A stretch of DNA of 64,000 nt from Toensbergia leucococca (lineage: Eukaryota): assembly GCA_022813965.1 (NCBI GenBank), contig JALDZS010000120.1, forward strand, positions 1-64,000, given 5' to 3'. How positions within the stretch are numbered: the stretch's first letter is position 1; each line of letters starts with the position of its first letter. The position numbers and the translations under genes are program-made. This document shows, one piece after another, positions 11,645 to 26,260 of this stretch. Under the pieces are notes generated by a model. It was not told where the DNA came from and did not search any database. It saw only the letters and a program-made list of their open reading frames with translations.

Positions 11645-12248
11645 GGTAGAGAATTAAGTCAACATGTGGCGTGATATCGTGATGTTTCCATACGCGACAC
11701 CTGAGGGTGGTGGGAATCAAGTGAGAATGTGATACAACAGCATGCTGTTTTTCTATCATACTGTCGTCTTCAGACTGACGCCGATTGCTGAAGAACGAGT
11801 GGGAAAAGTATGTATCAAGGTTAAGAAGCGTTATAATGTTTGGAAGCAATTTAGACTGAAGCAGAATGCAGTATGATACCCAGAGTATATAGAATATGAC
11901 ACAAACTGTGAAAAGGATATGGACTTTCCGGATCTTCGTAAGGAAAGGAATGCTTCAGAAGTCCAGAGCAGGGTGTAAAAAAAGAGTCTTGCGGAGTAAA
12001 CCCCATCAAAGAGAAAAGAAGATTCTTAATTTAAGATTTGTAGCAAATCCATCGATCATTCTAAGGGAAATGCAAACTGCGATAGAGTCAGCGATTTACA
12101 TCACATAAGGACCTTATCTACTATCAGTAGATATTCGGACATTTTCTACCTGATAGTACGGAATACAGAAGCCAGTGGATCGGTTGTTCATTTTCCGCCG
12201 AGAAAGTGGTGCTGTGAGGAAGTCTTCTGTCCTGGAGGACGCACTCTT

Positions 12249-13669
12249 TCAATCACTTGGCTTCCAACCAGAGCTTTTCAGACCCCATTGCACGGCGTCC
12301 CAGACATTGTCGACAATTATTTTCGGTTTCCATGAAGGCTCGCCGCCACTATAAACACCACTGCGGACAAGAACGGATTGCCACTCACTGCCTTGTGGGC
12401 TTTTGTATTGGTTTGCGCCGCGGATATCGCTCTCAGGGTTATCTGGAACACCATTCAATTTGGGCTCATCTAGCATTGAAGCTCCTTCAGGTCATCATGG
12501 CATTCCACTTACCTCCAACCATGTACACGTGTTTCAGTCTTTGCGCCTTGCTCTCTGTTTCTTTGAAATCTAGTAGAACCTTGCGATGCTTCTCCAGCTT
12601 TCTCTCAGCAAATCCAAAGGTAGCCTCATACGGTTTCCCACACATCTTCTTCTCCAATTTTACTCCTCTTGTCTCTCCACCCGTCACAGCACTCCATACC
12701 CCTTCTAACGCCTCTCTGAATCCCCCTTGGCCGAGCCGTGGTAGATGATACCCCGCTGCCCACCATAGATCTGGATTGGAAAAATACAGCAGTGGTTGAC
12801 CATCTTGTTGATAGCCACGATTGGGGAGATTTGCATCATTGTTAAAAGAAGACAGGGTGCCGAGGTTACCGGCGTGCGATAGAAGAAGATCGAGGATTAA
12901 TTGAGTAGGAAGAGCCCAATCGTGGGGGTCGGTATAAACGAAAATGGCAGATATTTGTAGAGGATCTGGGAGAGGGCGAACATGCTCAGGCAATGATGGA
13001 GGGTGTGAAAAGGGCCAGAGAGTCGGATGGGCAGTTATGATGTCGATAGGGGTAACAACGTTGGTGAAGCCATACCTGGTGGGGTGAGCGCTGACACCTC
13101 TGAGATACGAAAGTGTAAATGACCTTACTTACTCCTCCGCTACCCGACGACAGTTGTCACCTTCGCCACCAACAACGAGTATGCATTTATCCTTGAAGCC
13201 CGGGGTGTCGTTCTTGTCGTTGACTAGTTCAGCGAAGGGGGTGTGACTTTGAATGAACATCTCCGTGGAAAGAGAGACATCGAGTTTCTGGCTGAGTTGT
13301 GCCACTCGCTCAGACTCGGTTGTCCCACCACCATTAGTAAGGAGGATGAAGGGAATCTGATGGCGTTGTAGATATGTTAGGGTTTTGTGAGCACCGGGAA
13401 TGGGCTTTGAGCTACGCAGAAGGACGCCATCGATACTAGCAGGGAGGTTATCTGAGAAGTCTTCCTGGAATTTCCCTGATCCTTCCCATTGCTACTTACT
13501 CGAATGCAAACGCAAAATCTGGGACTCGGTCATGGGGTTTGGGGGATGTCAGAAAAGAACGCTGGTGCAGGGAGCGTGATGTGCTTCGATAACGCCATGA
13601 TGTTTTTGAGGATTGTAGAAGAACAGAAATAGGGTTCATAGTCCTCTTCCGAATCACCATTGTCGCCAT
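12249..13669 (-). CDS. HAD-superfamily class IIA hydrolase, CECR5/HDHD5 type
   Basis: FAFAFD-IDGVL motif I across an intron, LLTNGGG, FSNPDLWW, GKPYEATF, YMVGDNPESDIRGAN. Three introns. Start codon uncertain. Confidence 0.9.
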
Positions 13670-15693
13670 TGCGATAGACAGCGATGAGCATTGAATCACG
13701 GTACTCCGTACAAGAACGAGTCCTACACCCTCGACCACTCCCTATCCGTAAGTCCCGACGAATTTCCGGCAATGCCAAGATTAGCTAGTCCTAGGCTTTA
13801 AATCCGCTTGCCCTGACGTTATGTCCGGGATCCACTCACGGATATTACCCGCATGCAAGACGTACATCGCATTCTTTATTCAACAACATTGGGGTCTTTC
13901 GTTTATGGTATCAACTTCTACAACCTCAATAAAGCCCACGGATCAAAAGAAAGTCAGTAGGCTTGTAAAGAAGTCAGCTATTCAACGCCATGTCGAGGAC
14001 CTCGTTTAACGAATTGAAGTCGAGGATATTCAATTGGAAGAATCGAGTATAGATACTCGTACCCCACCTCAAGTAGCCACGAGCTCCAGAAAGGCACCTA
14101 CTAGAGTTGGGATAATCTCACCGCTCAATCCATTTCAACGAGACCGATGCTAAATCTACGGATTTCATAAGTGCTAGTCGCTTGCATAATTGGCATGGAA
14201 AGAGGAATCCTCGAGTGCGTCTTCATGTCCAATTACTCATTCTAGGGGTACAATGCATGTATTAAAGTGTGTCGGTGCTCTGCAAACTCATTGACGGAAT
14301 ACATGCTGATGTTTTCAAGAGCTGTTTTTGTCAACCTTGAAAATGCCTGCAGAGTAGGTAGAAAGAAATAGTTTGTTGCACAGGTAGTAGAACAACTGAA
14401 CCTCCGAATGTGGTACGAATACTGTAACAATAAAAGCGTAGGAAACATGATTTGATTTCTAAAATCTTTGAGTAGAGATTCGCGATACTTTGTTGCTTTG
14501 TTCCCAGCAACATTGGAAATTACACAGCATGATACTGGAATAATACACTACTGCAGCAATATGTTATTTATTACTGATTGCTTTCGTTGTTGTTGCATCA
14601 GACTCAGCCTTTGGGCAGTGCCAGCAGTGTACTTGCATGTCGCTTCGGCATCGAGGTTGTTCAATGCGTGTGGGGCAGGTGTTGGCTGCAGGTGGACGGG
14701 CTGGATTGGTATGGTGGATGCGAGCCTGCCTGACGTGACGTGGAAATGTCAGACAAGCTCTTCTTTACCTAAAGGGGCAGAAATGCGCATCTAGATTTTT
14801 AGATTTTCAACAAAGCCCGCGCTTTCGGCGACATGTCCTCGGTGTGGCGTGAGAATACAATGGGATAGCTGTAAGCTGAACTTTCAACGTGGAATTGCTC
14901 GGATTTGGCCAGTAAGGCCGTAATGACAAAGCATCTCACCCAAATAAATACTGAGCAATACTTAAGCCTTTGTGTTGTTGGCCAATTATAGCAGTCTTGA
15001 GGCATTTAACTTTGATTCACTTACGACTAACCCTTTTCAGCACGGGGAGACTAGCGTCAAATAATCGACACAAGGCTTTACCTTACTGTTCTCCGCATGC
15101 TCTGCAACCCTACACCAACGTCCATCCTCCCTTCTCAGCCCTCAAGAAGCTATATGCTTCGTTGACGGTCGTCGTGAGGCAACAGCAACACCTCCTACGT
15201 CCATATCGACATCCCTTCGGTAGTTCTGTCTGTCACCTGATTCTACGGTCGGGCGTCTGCTGCTTGCAACAAGGGTTCCGTATTTGGCTTGACCGTTATT
15301 CCACTCACCAGGTGCGTGATCACCGCTTGCTACAACTGTCAAACATCGTCCAACACTTCCTCTTCCCCCTGATCTTCTCCGAATATCACTTGGCACTGGT
15401 GCTCATACCTCCCGCGGCTGACGCTTCTAACACTCCCTCACCGCCTCGTGAATGAAGAGGTCTTAGCACTGAGTGAAGACTAATCCTGTGCTAAAGGAAC
15501 GGAAACACGTTGATCTTCCTCCTCTCACCATCATCAACCTTTGAGACCTACTCAAACCTTCCAACATCACCTAATCCCCGCTGCTTCCCTACAACTAGAC
15601 TAGGCATCGCTCGGTTATCTTGCCAGCCTTGTCCAAATTCCGTCACCTCCATATTTCATCATCAAGTGACCTCAACAGTCTCTCAACGTCAAA

Positions 15694-17478
15694 ATGACCA
15701 CAATGGTGGGTGCAGCCGCTTCAACGTCGAAATCCAATCCTTTGGTTCACATCCCCTCTCATATGTCTGCCTTTGGGCCATACCTCTTTCTCCCCTTGCA
15801 TGTTGCCAGTCCTCTTTGGACTGAGTCAATCTTCGTCGAGGAGCATGTATTATTGGCCACTAAGTTTCCATCACCTCTAATCCATATCAAGAAGCTTATC
15901 TCTCTGCACCAGCACCGTCGTTTCAAAGAAGCTGCCTCCAAAATCTATCACTATTACTAATTCTTCTCTTTACATAGGATCTCCGCGTGGGCAACAAGTA
16001 CCGTATTGGTCGTAAAATTGGGAGCGGTAGCTTCGGTGATATATACCTAGGTGAGTGGAACTACACGAGTGCGAAGTTGTGTACAGCGACTCACGCTGCT
16101 GCGCCCAGGCACCAATATCATATCTGGAGAAGAGATCGCCATCAAGTTGGAGAGTGTCAAAGCCAAACACCCTCAGCTCGAGTATGAAGCTCGCGTTTAC
16201 AAATCTCTTGCGGGAGGAGTCGGTATCCCATTTGTCCGTTGGTTTGGTACAGAGTGTGACTACAATGCCATGGTCCTCGATCTCCTTGGTCCTAGTCTAG
16301 AGGACCTCTTCAACTTTTGCAACCGCAAATTCTCTTTGAAGACGGTCCTGCTTTTGGCTGACCAGCTCATCTCTCGTATCGAGTATATTCATGCGAAATC
16401 GTTCATCCATCGTGATATCAAACCCGACAATTTCTTAATGGGCATCGGAAAGCGCGGTAATCAAGTCAACGTCATTGACTTTGGCCTGGCCAAGAAATAC
16501 CGTGACCCGAAGACTCATTTCCACATTCCGTACCGCGAGAATAAGAATTTGACAGGTACCGCACGTTATGCTAGTATCAATACTCACCTGGGAGTTGGTA
16601 AGTTCTCTGTATACCTTCTGCTTCGATAGAACTAACTACTTTTCTAGAGCAATCTCGTCGAGATGATATGGAATCTCTTGGATACGTCATGCTTTACTTT
16701 TGTCGTGGCTCCCTCCCTTGGCAAGGACTGAAGGCAGCCACGAAGAAGCAGAAATATGATCGAATCATGGAAAAGAAGATGACAACGCCTACTGAAGTCC
16801 TCTGCCGCGGCTTCCCAAATGAATTTGCCATCTATCTCAATTACACTCGCTCCCTTCGTTTCGATGACAAGCCGGACTACTCATACCTCCGCAAGATTTT
16901 CCGTGACCTCTTTGTTCGTGAAGGGTTCCAGTATGATTATGTTTTTGACTGGACAGTCTACAAGTACCAGAAGAATGCTCAAGCTATTGCTCAAGCAACT
17001 GGAAACAACCCAGCAGCTAATCAAGAGGAGGAAGAGAAACCAGGACGCCGTCACGCTGCAGGTACGAATGCCGCTACTGCTGGTCTCCCAACCCCCCAGA
17101 ACGCCTCTACAGCTAGCAAACCAGGTGCGATCTCGAGTCAGCGTCGTAAAGTCGTTGAACGCGGCGCGAGCGGCGCAGCCGGCATTGATACCCCAGATAC
17201 GAACCGTGCAGTTGGAGGAAGTGATAGGATGTGAGTTTGCCAAAGCCTTGGTTCCTTGTAAGGGACTCTTCTCCTCTGCCTTTGGTGTTTGATCGTTGAA
17301 TCACGCTAGGCGTGGAGGATTGTAGAGGTGAAGGATTCTGACTAATACTATAGTCTTCGGCGGTAGGCTTCGTTCGGCTTCTAAGGGTGCTGCTGCTGCT
17401 GGATTCTCTGGATCTGGCAATGGTGGTTACCGTGTGAAGCGGGATGACCCGAACGGAAATGGTGGACCATGGTACTGA
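15694..17478 (+). CDS. hrr25: Casein kinase I (Hrr25/Hhp1/CkiA ortholog)
   Basis: [51 protein letters not shown]. Introns at about 15706-15978, 16051-16108, 16598-16648 and 17231-17366. Confidence 0.97.
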
Positions 17479-18659
17479 TTGGTTTCGGATGGTGGTGGAG
17501 CTCAGGTGGCTGTGTCACATAGCTAGCTGGGTTCTGTCACTATTTGGCTTCTACGAATCACGGCCCGCCAGAGAGATCGTCCTTTAGGTGTCATGAAGGA
17601 CATACACGACTTCTCTTTATGGACCTCCACTCCTTATGTGACCCTTCCATCTCCACTTGCTCAACTTCGAAATTTACTTGGCTCGTACACTGGATTTTTT
17701 CATGGCGTCATCGATATCAATAATCGGACTGTCGAATCTTCGGAAACGGCATTTCAGTCGATGACATTTACCGAATCCTTTGCGTACGAATGGCACGCCG
17801 CTGGCTAGCGATGAGCTTCTTGCATAGTCAATCCAAAGCAAGACGGTAAAACGATGAGTTGGTCAGCATCAAGGACGACTGATGTCCTGGTGGTCAAGCC
17901 TCGACAGAATTTGGAATCCACAAGACATCACTTTACGGCCGGAATATACCTTTGCACTAATAATCCCTTGATTTATTCAACACCCTTCCTTGCCCCAGCA
18001 CGTTTTCCTTTGTCATCATCTCGAGCGAGCGAAGTTTATTTTCGGTTTTTCTTATGGCACGGCACAGCAAAGGGGATGGTTCGTGAAAGCTTGGGAAATG
18101 CAGTGATTGGAGGCTCTACCGGTGGAAGAGACAAGCGCCCAGGTCTTCAGCGGTTTTTACAGTATCCACTATGGATGCGGTAGCCGTTATAGTCATTGGG
18201 TTTGCTTGGAGGGTCTTACAACGGGTTAGCTTGGAATTGGAGGAAGTTGAAAAGGGCCGCTGCCGGGGTGGTATTTCTTATTCCGGCTGTGCCTGCCTTG
18301 TTCGTCTCATTGCTCTCTCGCTTGATCAAGCACAGAGGTTTTCTTTTTCTTTTAGTTTTAAAGCTGGGGGATGCGTGCGTGCGATGTGTTTCTTTCTTTT
18401 TCAGCGAACAAAATACTGACAATCAAAAAAATTGGGATGAAGGGGCAAGTGAGGTTCAGCTTTAACATGGCTAGTTATGGAGAGAGAGAGAGATTGCTGA
18501 ACTTTTAGGTTCCAATCTGCATGATTAGTTTTTGCTTCGGGTTTGAAAAAGTCGGTATCTGCTACCCCTTACATCTTTAATTGGTGTGGTTCCATCTTGC
18601 TTTTGAATATAGTGAGTGCTATCGTTTTCTATGCTCTAGAGGGTAAGTTTGATGTATGT

Positions 18660-19065
18660 GTGTGATTTGATTTGATTTGATTTGATTGATAAATAACCCT
18701 TCTTTTCCCCCGACACGACACTCCCGCCGGCCCTTTTTATTTAGTTTTTCATGAGGAAGAGTGAGTGGATGGATTTTTTGAAAGGATTGGAAGTTTCCCT
18801 TTTTTTTGAGATTTTGTGGGGCGTTTGGGGGTTTTGGGAGGCGGAGGGTGAGGGGTGGGAAGGGGGGGGAAAGGGGTATTCTTGGCCTTTTTTTTTTTGT
18901 TTTTTTTTTCGTCTCTTCTTTGAAGATGTTTAGAGGATCTTGGTTTTATGAGGAGATGGAGGGAGTGGTGAAGAGACAGAGAGAGAGAGAGAGTGTGGTG
19001 AGGTGAGAGAGAGAGAGAGAGAGAGTGAGAGAGAGAGAGAGAGAAAGACAAGATGAGATGAGATG
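18660..19065. repeat. Low-complexity and microsatellite tract: (GATTT)n, poly-T, (GA)n
   Basis: Directly visible between the convergent CK1 and dehydrogenase 3' ends. Confidence 0.9.
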
Positions 19066-19166
19066 GAGTATTTGATAAAGATGTTTCCAAACGCGAGTTT
19101 CATATCTCTATTCCAAGACCCGATTTTATTTCCGATTTTCACCAAAAAAAATAAGGGTTCAGTCTG

Positions 19167-20894
19167 TTACACCACAGCGCTCGTCCTAATCTCCCCGCTC
19201 TTCAGACTGCTCAACTCGGGCGTTCCCTCGGCCCTCGGGGCCGAAAAACGCGTCTGCACAAACGTCTTCATGATCCCATGCTCCTTCTTATCAAACGCCT
19301 CGTACAGCTCCCGAAACTCGTCAATCGGGAACCGATGGCTCAGTATGATCGTCGGATTGAACTCGCCGCTCTCGACCTTTTCAAGCAGCATGTGCCAGTA
19401 TTTTTGGACGGGGGCTTGACCGGTGCCGCGGAGGGTGATGCCCTTTTCCATCAGGGCGCCGATGAGGAATTGGTTGGTTAGGGCGGCGTAGTCGGCGACG
19501 AGGGAGATGGAGCCGAATTTTCGGACGGCGCGGAGACATTCGTTGACGATTTCCGAGGAGTCGGTTTCGAGGCCGACGGCGCGTTGGACCGTGTGCAGGA
19601 TACCCTTTGTGTAGCGGAAGGCGGCCGCGTCGATGCAGCAGTCGACGCCTTCCGGTTCTAGTTCGTAGATGGCGGCCACGACGTCCTTTGTTTTGCTGAA
19701 GTCGATGATGTCGCAGCCAATTTTCTCTTTGGCGAGAGCGAGGCGCTCCGGGACCGAATCGATGGCTATGACGCGGCTGGCGCCAGCGAGTTGGGACCAT
19801 TTGGCGGCATAGAGGCCGATGGGGCCCATGCCCCAGATTGCGACGCTTTTGCCTTCGGAGACGTCGGCGCAGACGGTGCTGTGGTAGGAGGTGGGGATTA
19901 TGTCGGAGAGGAAGAGAGCTTTTTCGTCGGGGACTGAGTCAGGGATTTTGAGCAAGTTCGTGTCGCCGAAGGGACAACGGACGTATTCGGCTTGGCCACC
20001 GGCGTAGCCTCCCGCGAAGTGAGTGTAGCCTTTTAGGAGATTGTTAGATGCTAAGTTTCGATGGAAGAGGGAGAGAGTATATTACCGAAGAGACCGGCAA
20101 AGGGTTTGCCGTACAACTTTTCTTGAACGCTGAGATGGCGTGTCAACATTATTTGGATAGGGCTTTAAAGGAAGACTTACCTGGAGGAGTTTGTCTTATC
20201 ACACATAGATGAGAGGCCTTCTTTGCAGAAATTGCAGGTACCGCAACTAAGATAGCAGATTCAGTAATCGGGCCGGAGAGAAAGAAAGCACAAGCTCGCT
20301 AACATACGCAATCTGGAAACTGGCAACCACTCTGTCTCCTTTCTTGACGTTCTTGATATCACTCCCTACATCATCCACCACGCCCATCCACTCGTGCCCG
20401 AGTATATCTCCGGCCTGCATCTGCCTGTCACCTGTTTTGAGCAAATCAAAAGTATTTTCACATGGGGTAGACATACTCACAAGATTTCTTTGTGATATAA
20501 ATGCAGATCTGACCCGCACACCGTGGTTCCAGTAACCTTGCAGATGACATCGGTAGGCTCAGTAACAGCTGGCACGGGTACCTCTTCGACACGGACGTCT
20601 TGGCAAGTTTCAATGATTAGAAGCGGGACTGCTGAGCATGAGTAGAAGTAATTACCTTGATTGGCATACCCTATTCAATTGTAAATCAGTGTATGAAATT
20701 GGAAGCACGGCATGCTCTAATTCTAGACGTACAACGAAGGGCTAACATGGTCTCGTTGGGCCGAAGTTTGGGTTCATTAGTGGTGGCGGTGGGGCGATCA
20801 CCCAGCTTCTCTTCGGCTTTGTTGGCGACGAAGGTATCTATATGGATGATGAGCGAGGTTCTATCTTTAATGGCATGGGGCAGTGCGTACTCAT
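19167..20894 (-). CDS. Zinc-dependent medium-chain dehydrogenase (formaldehyde dehydrogenase-like)
   Basis: [53 protein letters not shown]. Multiple short introns. ATG 20894 lies in a 4-nt first exon. Confidence 0.9.
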
Positions 20895-21691
20895 ATTGAA
20901 TGTATTCTTGACTTGAAATTTGATATGACGGTAGTGTTTGAAGATGGAGAAATATGAAAATTAGGAGAGCAATGAGAACAGAGAAAAAGAAAATAGGAAA
21001 AAAAAGCCTTGGTGGACGTTGAAATGAATGAATCGAGGGCAATTCATGATGTCATGTCTCGCGGTTTTATGGCCGGCATAGGAGGAAGAGCCTGATGCCG
21101 AAAGAATAAGAATGGCAAAATAAATGACATGGTGGCATTAATATCCATCCGGGGAAATCAGAATCCCATCACATATTGCCTAGACAGAAAAAAGGAACAA
21201 GGAAAAAGGAAAAAGGAAAAAGAAATGTCATTCGTTGAGACACCTTACTTTGCATATATTACGAGTACAAGTACGAGTATTCTATCTGATAGTCATGACT
21301 TTGGAACCTGAGCTTGAGTCTCCCCCCGAGTCACCTGTCACGCTGATGGCAACTCTTTTGATCGTCCTTTCATCATTAGAGTACTATCATCGTTGAATGA
21401 ATTTATACTACTCGTATTTTCAAGAATGAAAACTCATACGTGAAACAGCCTTCTCATATTACACTCGAGCAACCAGTATGACGACCTCCGAGATTATCTA
21501 AAGCTTTGCAAGCCCAAGGAACCATGTCTCTCCCCTTTCTCCCCCATCAACAAAATACCCGATGCATACAAGAAGGCCAAGCCTAGCCTTCCAATGAAAC
21601 CGCCTATCCAGATCGACAGCCAACCAACGCCTCGCTGGAGAACCATTGCCATAATTACAATCAAGAAATCAACCACCCCACCATTCCCACC

Positions 21692-24600
21692 TTACTTCTG
21701 ACAATTAAAGAGATTGATATGATTGTTGTTCACCGCCGAACACGCGAGCATCATGTGGTGAGGATGGAAAGCCGTTGCTGCAATCGGCGTAGACCGGCTA
21801 TTTTGCAAGAAGCTCGAGTATGGCTCCACGCTGTTGAGAAACGCCCCGTTGACGTTGAACATGTTGACATTGTGCCGTTCGGTTCCCCTGTACCAAAGTC
21901 TCATGCGTTAGTTGATACAACACGCACATCAACACTTCATTACCTACGTAGCAAATACAGGCGCGTGCTCATGCACACTCAGTGTCCGCAGCGTATCCTT
22001 GGTTGCCTGGATTGTCAGTGTTGGCCCGTCCATACGAAGATCCCACAGCTTGACCTCGCCATTCCGGCTGCCGCTGATGAGCTCCCTTAGACCTCCTCGT
22101 TGCATGTGCACATTCGTGACCCATTGCTTATGCTCTCGCCATACCTTGACCATTGCCAAGGCAGGCTTCAGCCGCTGGTCAAACACACGCACTGCCCCGT
22201 CGCCGTAACCGCCGACAAAGACGTTGCCAGCTAGCTGGTCAGATGTCAGAGATGTGATGCAGGATCCTGACCGTGCAGGTATATCCTAGCTTGATCAGCA
22301 CCATACAAGGAGCATCGGAATGGAAAACCATACGTTTGTGCAGATTTCTGTAGCTGCGTTCCATACCCGTATCACTTTGACGTCTCCAGCTACGAGAAGC
22401 TTACCCTGCCCCTGCTGCCAATCAAAAACAAGACCGGCGTTCTTGTTGCTTGGCACTAGGTCAGTCAACGCTCGAAAGGCAGAAACCATCTCAATGTCTT
22501 TCTCGGATTCGTAATTCCGAAACACCTTGACTACCCCATCTGAAGAACCCGTCATCAATAACGCTTGGTCGTCTTCGTTGATAAACCTCGCTTCATTGAT
22601 TCTAGATCCTGCGGGATTGCCATTGGAAAAGCGATTTAATCGAGCGCTGTGCTGCCAATTCCAAATACTGTGAAAGATCAGTGGTGTGGTCTTTTCTAGT
22701 TCTCTAGAACCTACCATATGCTGTCACGATCATCGCTAACTGCGAGATGTTCTTCAAATTGATGAAAGCACATCTTCATCGGCTGACTTCCGTTATTAAA
22801 GAAGCCCGTGGCCGTATCCCATTGACTGGTTCCGCCAATACTCTTCAATGGTTGAGTCATCTGAATCGTCTTTTCATTGCGATTTCTCCTCCACAACCGC
22901 GCATTATAGTCATCGCTACCCGGTTCATCCGTTTCATTAGTTTTCATTTGAGGTTCGCGAAAATACTGGACACGAGTAAGAAAAGACGCCAAAGAATCAC
23001 TCGCAGCTATATAGCTAACCTCGATAGACCAGTCATAAAAGCTACTCTGCAAAGGTATGATGGAGCCCTGCTTGGTGTCGCGAGCCTGATAGTCCCTCGG
23101 TAATGGGACTTTCGATTGTTGATAGGCTGTCGTTGTCGAGGTATGATCATTCTCATCAGGTGGCCGACTCCATTCCGCAGGTACGCGAGCTCGAAGTGGA
23201 GCAGCTCGTCTTTGCTGCTGTTGCGTTGCATTCGCCATGGCAGAGCGATGTGGTGATGATGGCACATTCTCCGCAGGAGCAGGAGCACCCAAGGCAAGAT
23301 GCTTCAATGCAGCTGCTACACTTGCCGTTCGCTTTAAGCTCAGACTTAAATAACTCTCGTTTTTGGGTATCCGCTGAGGAGATTGCGTGACGGTAGTCTG
23401 TGCGAGTTTGTTCACTGGGGCCGTTGACGATGGTCGGGATGGAGCTGGGCGTCGAGATAATCGAACAATGTCATCAATTATAGGCTGAGCACGAGGACCG
23501 AGGGGCGACTCCAGTATGCTTTCGTGAACGTAGTCGACAATTATGCTGGCATCTCGAGCGACTTCCGGGTGCGCATCAACCGACATGACGAGGAGGTGCA
23601 TCCACATTGAGCCTTGGACGCTGTGCCTTGAGACTTTCACTATTGGGCCATCTGCTGAGTCGCCACCTCGCCTGGTCGATGGTGCTCCGAACGGCTTGCT
23701 TGCTTCAGTGTCAGGGATGGGGTGTTGAAGCCACTCGCGCTCTTGAAGTAGCTGCTCGAAGGCTGCTACCAAGAATTTATTTTTGTACCTATCGACGAAA
23801 GCAGAGAAGAATACGAGCAACTCCTTCCGTACCATACTATTGCCATCTGTTGTCATAATCATTATTGTCGAGGCAATGGATTCCTCGGTTTGTGCAACTT
23901 GTTCGGTCAGATCTGGTATGCCGAGGAAATTAGTCAAGGCGTGCAGAGCAGCAGCCCTGACTTCTGGAACGGGATCCAAAGCCATTTCGCAAAGTCTTTG
24001 ATGAGCAAGGCAGCGTATACCAATCCATTTAGCCTCAGAGAAGTCAACCCAAAGCATGCTGATGCATAGGCAGGACCACTGACGCAGAAGAGGATTCTCG
24101 CCGTCATAAAGATGAGCAAGGCAGGCCTCGAAGAGTTCTGCAGATGAGCAAACGACTTGCCCCTGATGAAAGTCTTTGCAAAACATGGCAATGATGAAAG
24201 CGCACATGGCCCGATGTTCACTGGCATTTCCTACTGCCAAACCAGACTGCGGAGGAAGCATGGTGAGAAAGTACTGGTAACCATTGTCCTTGAGTAAATC
24301 TGCTTGACAAGATCTATCAACAGCGAGAATACGGGCCCAGATGAAGATCATGACTGGCTTGAGCTCAGCAGCTGCAGACTGGAGTAATTTGAGAACATAG
24401 GGGAATATCCCAATACTCAGCGCAAGATTTACAGCCCAGGGTCCTAGATCGAGAAACCTACTGAGTAGTATCAAAGCTCGGAGTCGATGGACTTGACTCA
24501 GTAGTACCTGTAAGACAATTGGTAGCTGATCCGGAGCTTTTTGCTGAGGAGCTCCTTGGGCAAGGTAAACCTCAAATGCTGTCAATTGCTCCGTGAAGAA

Positions 24601-26260
24601 ATTCGAGTGTTGATATTCATAATGGGGCCCACCATCTTCACTGGCAAGCATAGGAGGAAGTTGTGACAAAACCATCTCAAGTGCCAAATCCCATGCCTCC
24701 CATAAGGGATGGTTGTGAGTGGCTGGCAGAGCAGGTAATGACATCGGATGACAACCGTTTGCCCTCATGATTCTCTCGCTCAGCAGGAAATTGCGGAACA
24801 ATGCAGCGACCATCAGATCCTGTCGGAAGAGTTTCTTGAAGAGCGTTCTCGGCAATAAATTCCATGCTATAGTATCCGTAATTGCCGTAAATATCCAGTT
24901 GAGTTCTCCGAGTGGACTCCTGCGTTCCTGTAGTCGTCCTGGAACTCGACTTAGATCTTTGATCGTCAGATCGGTAGGTAATTGGTTTTCCAAGACGAAA
25001 AATCGCAAGGAGATCTCAATAGGAGTGGTGAGACAACAAGTAAACAAATCGGCCGGTAGGTCTGGGCTCGTGGGTAAAGACTCCGCCTTGCCACAAGCAG
25101 CCAGAAGAATGTTATCGTTATACATCTGTAGCTGCGCGTTTGGGTCCCTTTCTCTTGCTTCGGCATTTTCCGCGTCGTGTTTCTCTACGAAGCGATCGAA
25201 GTTTAATATGACATTGCCAGCGTGCGAGCAATCGAGAACGTAAAGACTGGGTCCGGCAAGCCATAATTGCAAATCGTAGAGTGAGACCGGTATGTACTGT
25301 GTATAATTCCTGTTGAACACCCAGATTTCTCCAGATGTGGTTGGTAAAGGAACTCCATGCCCATTGTAATGGAATAAGACTCTTTCATCTTTAGCATTGC
25401 GGCGTAAGGAAACGCAAAACTTCTTCGTCTCATCCACTGATGGGTCTAGGTACTGCTTATATCTTGTGCGTATACTCAAAGTTTCATACTGCTCTTGCAA
25501 TTTCTTTCCTATGAAATCCATAATCTTTGTGTTCGCGCCCGTTGAAGAACTTGGATCCGTCCAACACTCCATTTTGGCAGTGGGATTTGTCTTGACAACA
25601 TCAGGAGGATCCACACCAATGTTTAGGCATATGGCCAGCGCGGCTGATACTGTTTTAAGACGGTCTCGCATCCGCCATTCCTGGGCCGGACGACTGTGAT
25701 CTTCATCCTTGGGTTTACCGCCGGTCTCGTGACGCTTGTCGGTATAGTACATGTAGAAAGCCTAGAGAGCGGAAGGGCCGACCAAATATCAGAACTTGTT
25801 GAGAAATTGGCTGCGCAGCAGCAAGAAGACCAAAGCTTACCGAGTTTAAAAGTTCGAGATATTGATGTGAAGCGTACTGGTCTTCAAAGCCGTGTCGTAG
25901 TTCCCAGTTCCCTTCCTCCATACTGGCGAGCCTCGTAGTAGGCGTTGGGAGGATGTCTGTGTTTGCTCTGATTAGTTGTCCTGGCTGTGGTTGAGTCCCA
26001 GGCTGATTTCTTTCAGCAGCTCGAGATGCCCCAATCCCCAATTGCACTGCAGTATTGCTGAAGTGTCCATTTCTGGTATTATTGTTGTAAAGGACTCCTT
26101 CACTGGAGGTCACTGAACGAGAGATTCGGGGATTGGGCTCCGGTGTTACAAGGTCTGGGCGCCTGGGGGTCAATATGGCACTATTCGCATAACCATTTCG
26201 AAGCTGTGCGTTGACGTAGGACTGCAGCGTTTCCACCTGAGGAGGAGCTACCGTAGTCAT
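21692..26260 (-). CDS. kog1: TORC1 subunit Raptor (Kog1/Mip1)
   Basis: RNC domain (LNIGVDPPDVVK, VLFHYNGHGVP), HEAT/ARM region and C-terminal WD40 repeats over spliced ORFs. Confidence 0.97.

Noticed and set aside
18749..19145. Low-complexity ORFs (SLSLSL, FFFF)
   Set aside because: Translations of microsatellites.
25330..25400. HYNGHG caspase-like motif in Raptor as a link to the caspase-like gene
   Set aside because: A known feature of the Raptor RNC domain. No evidence of a functional connection.
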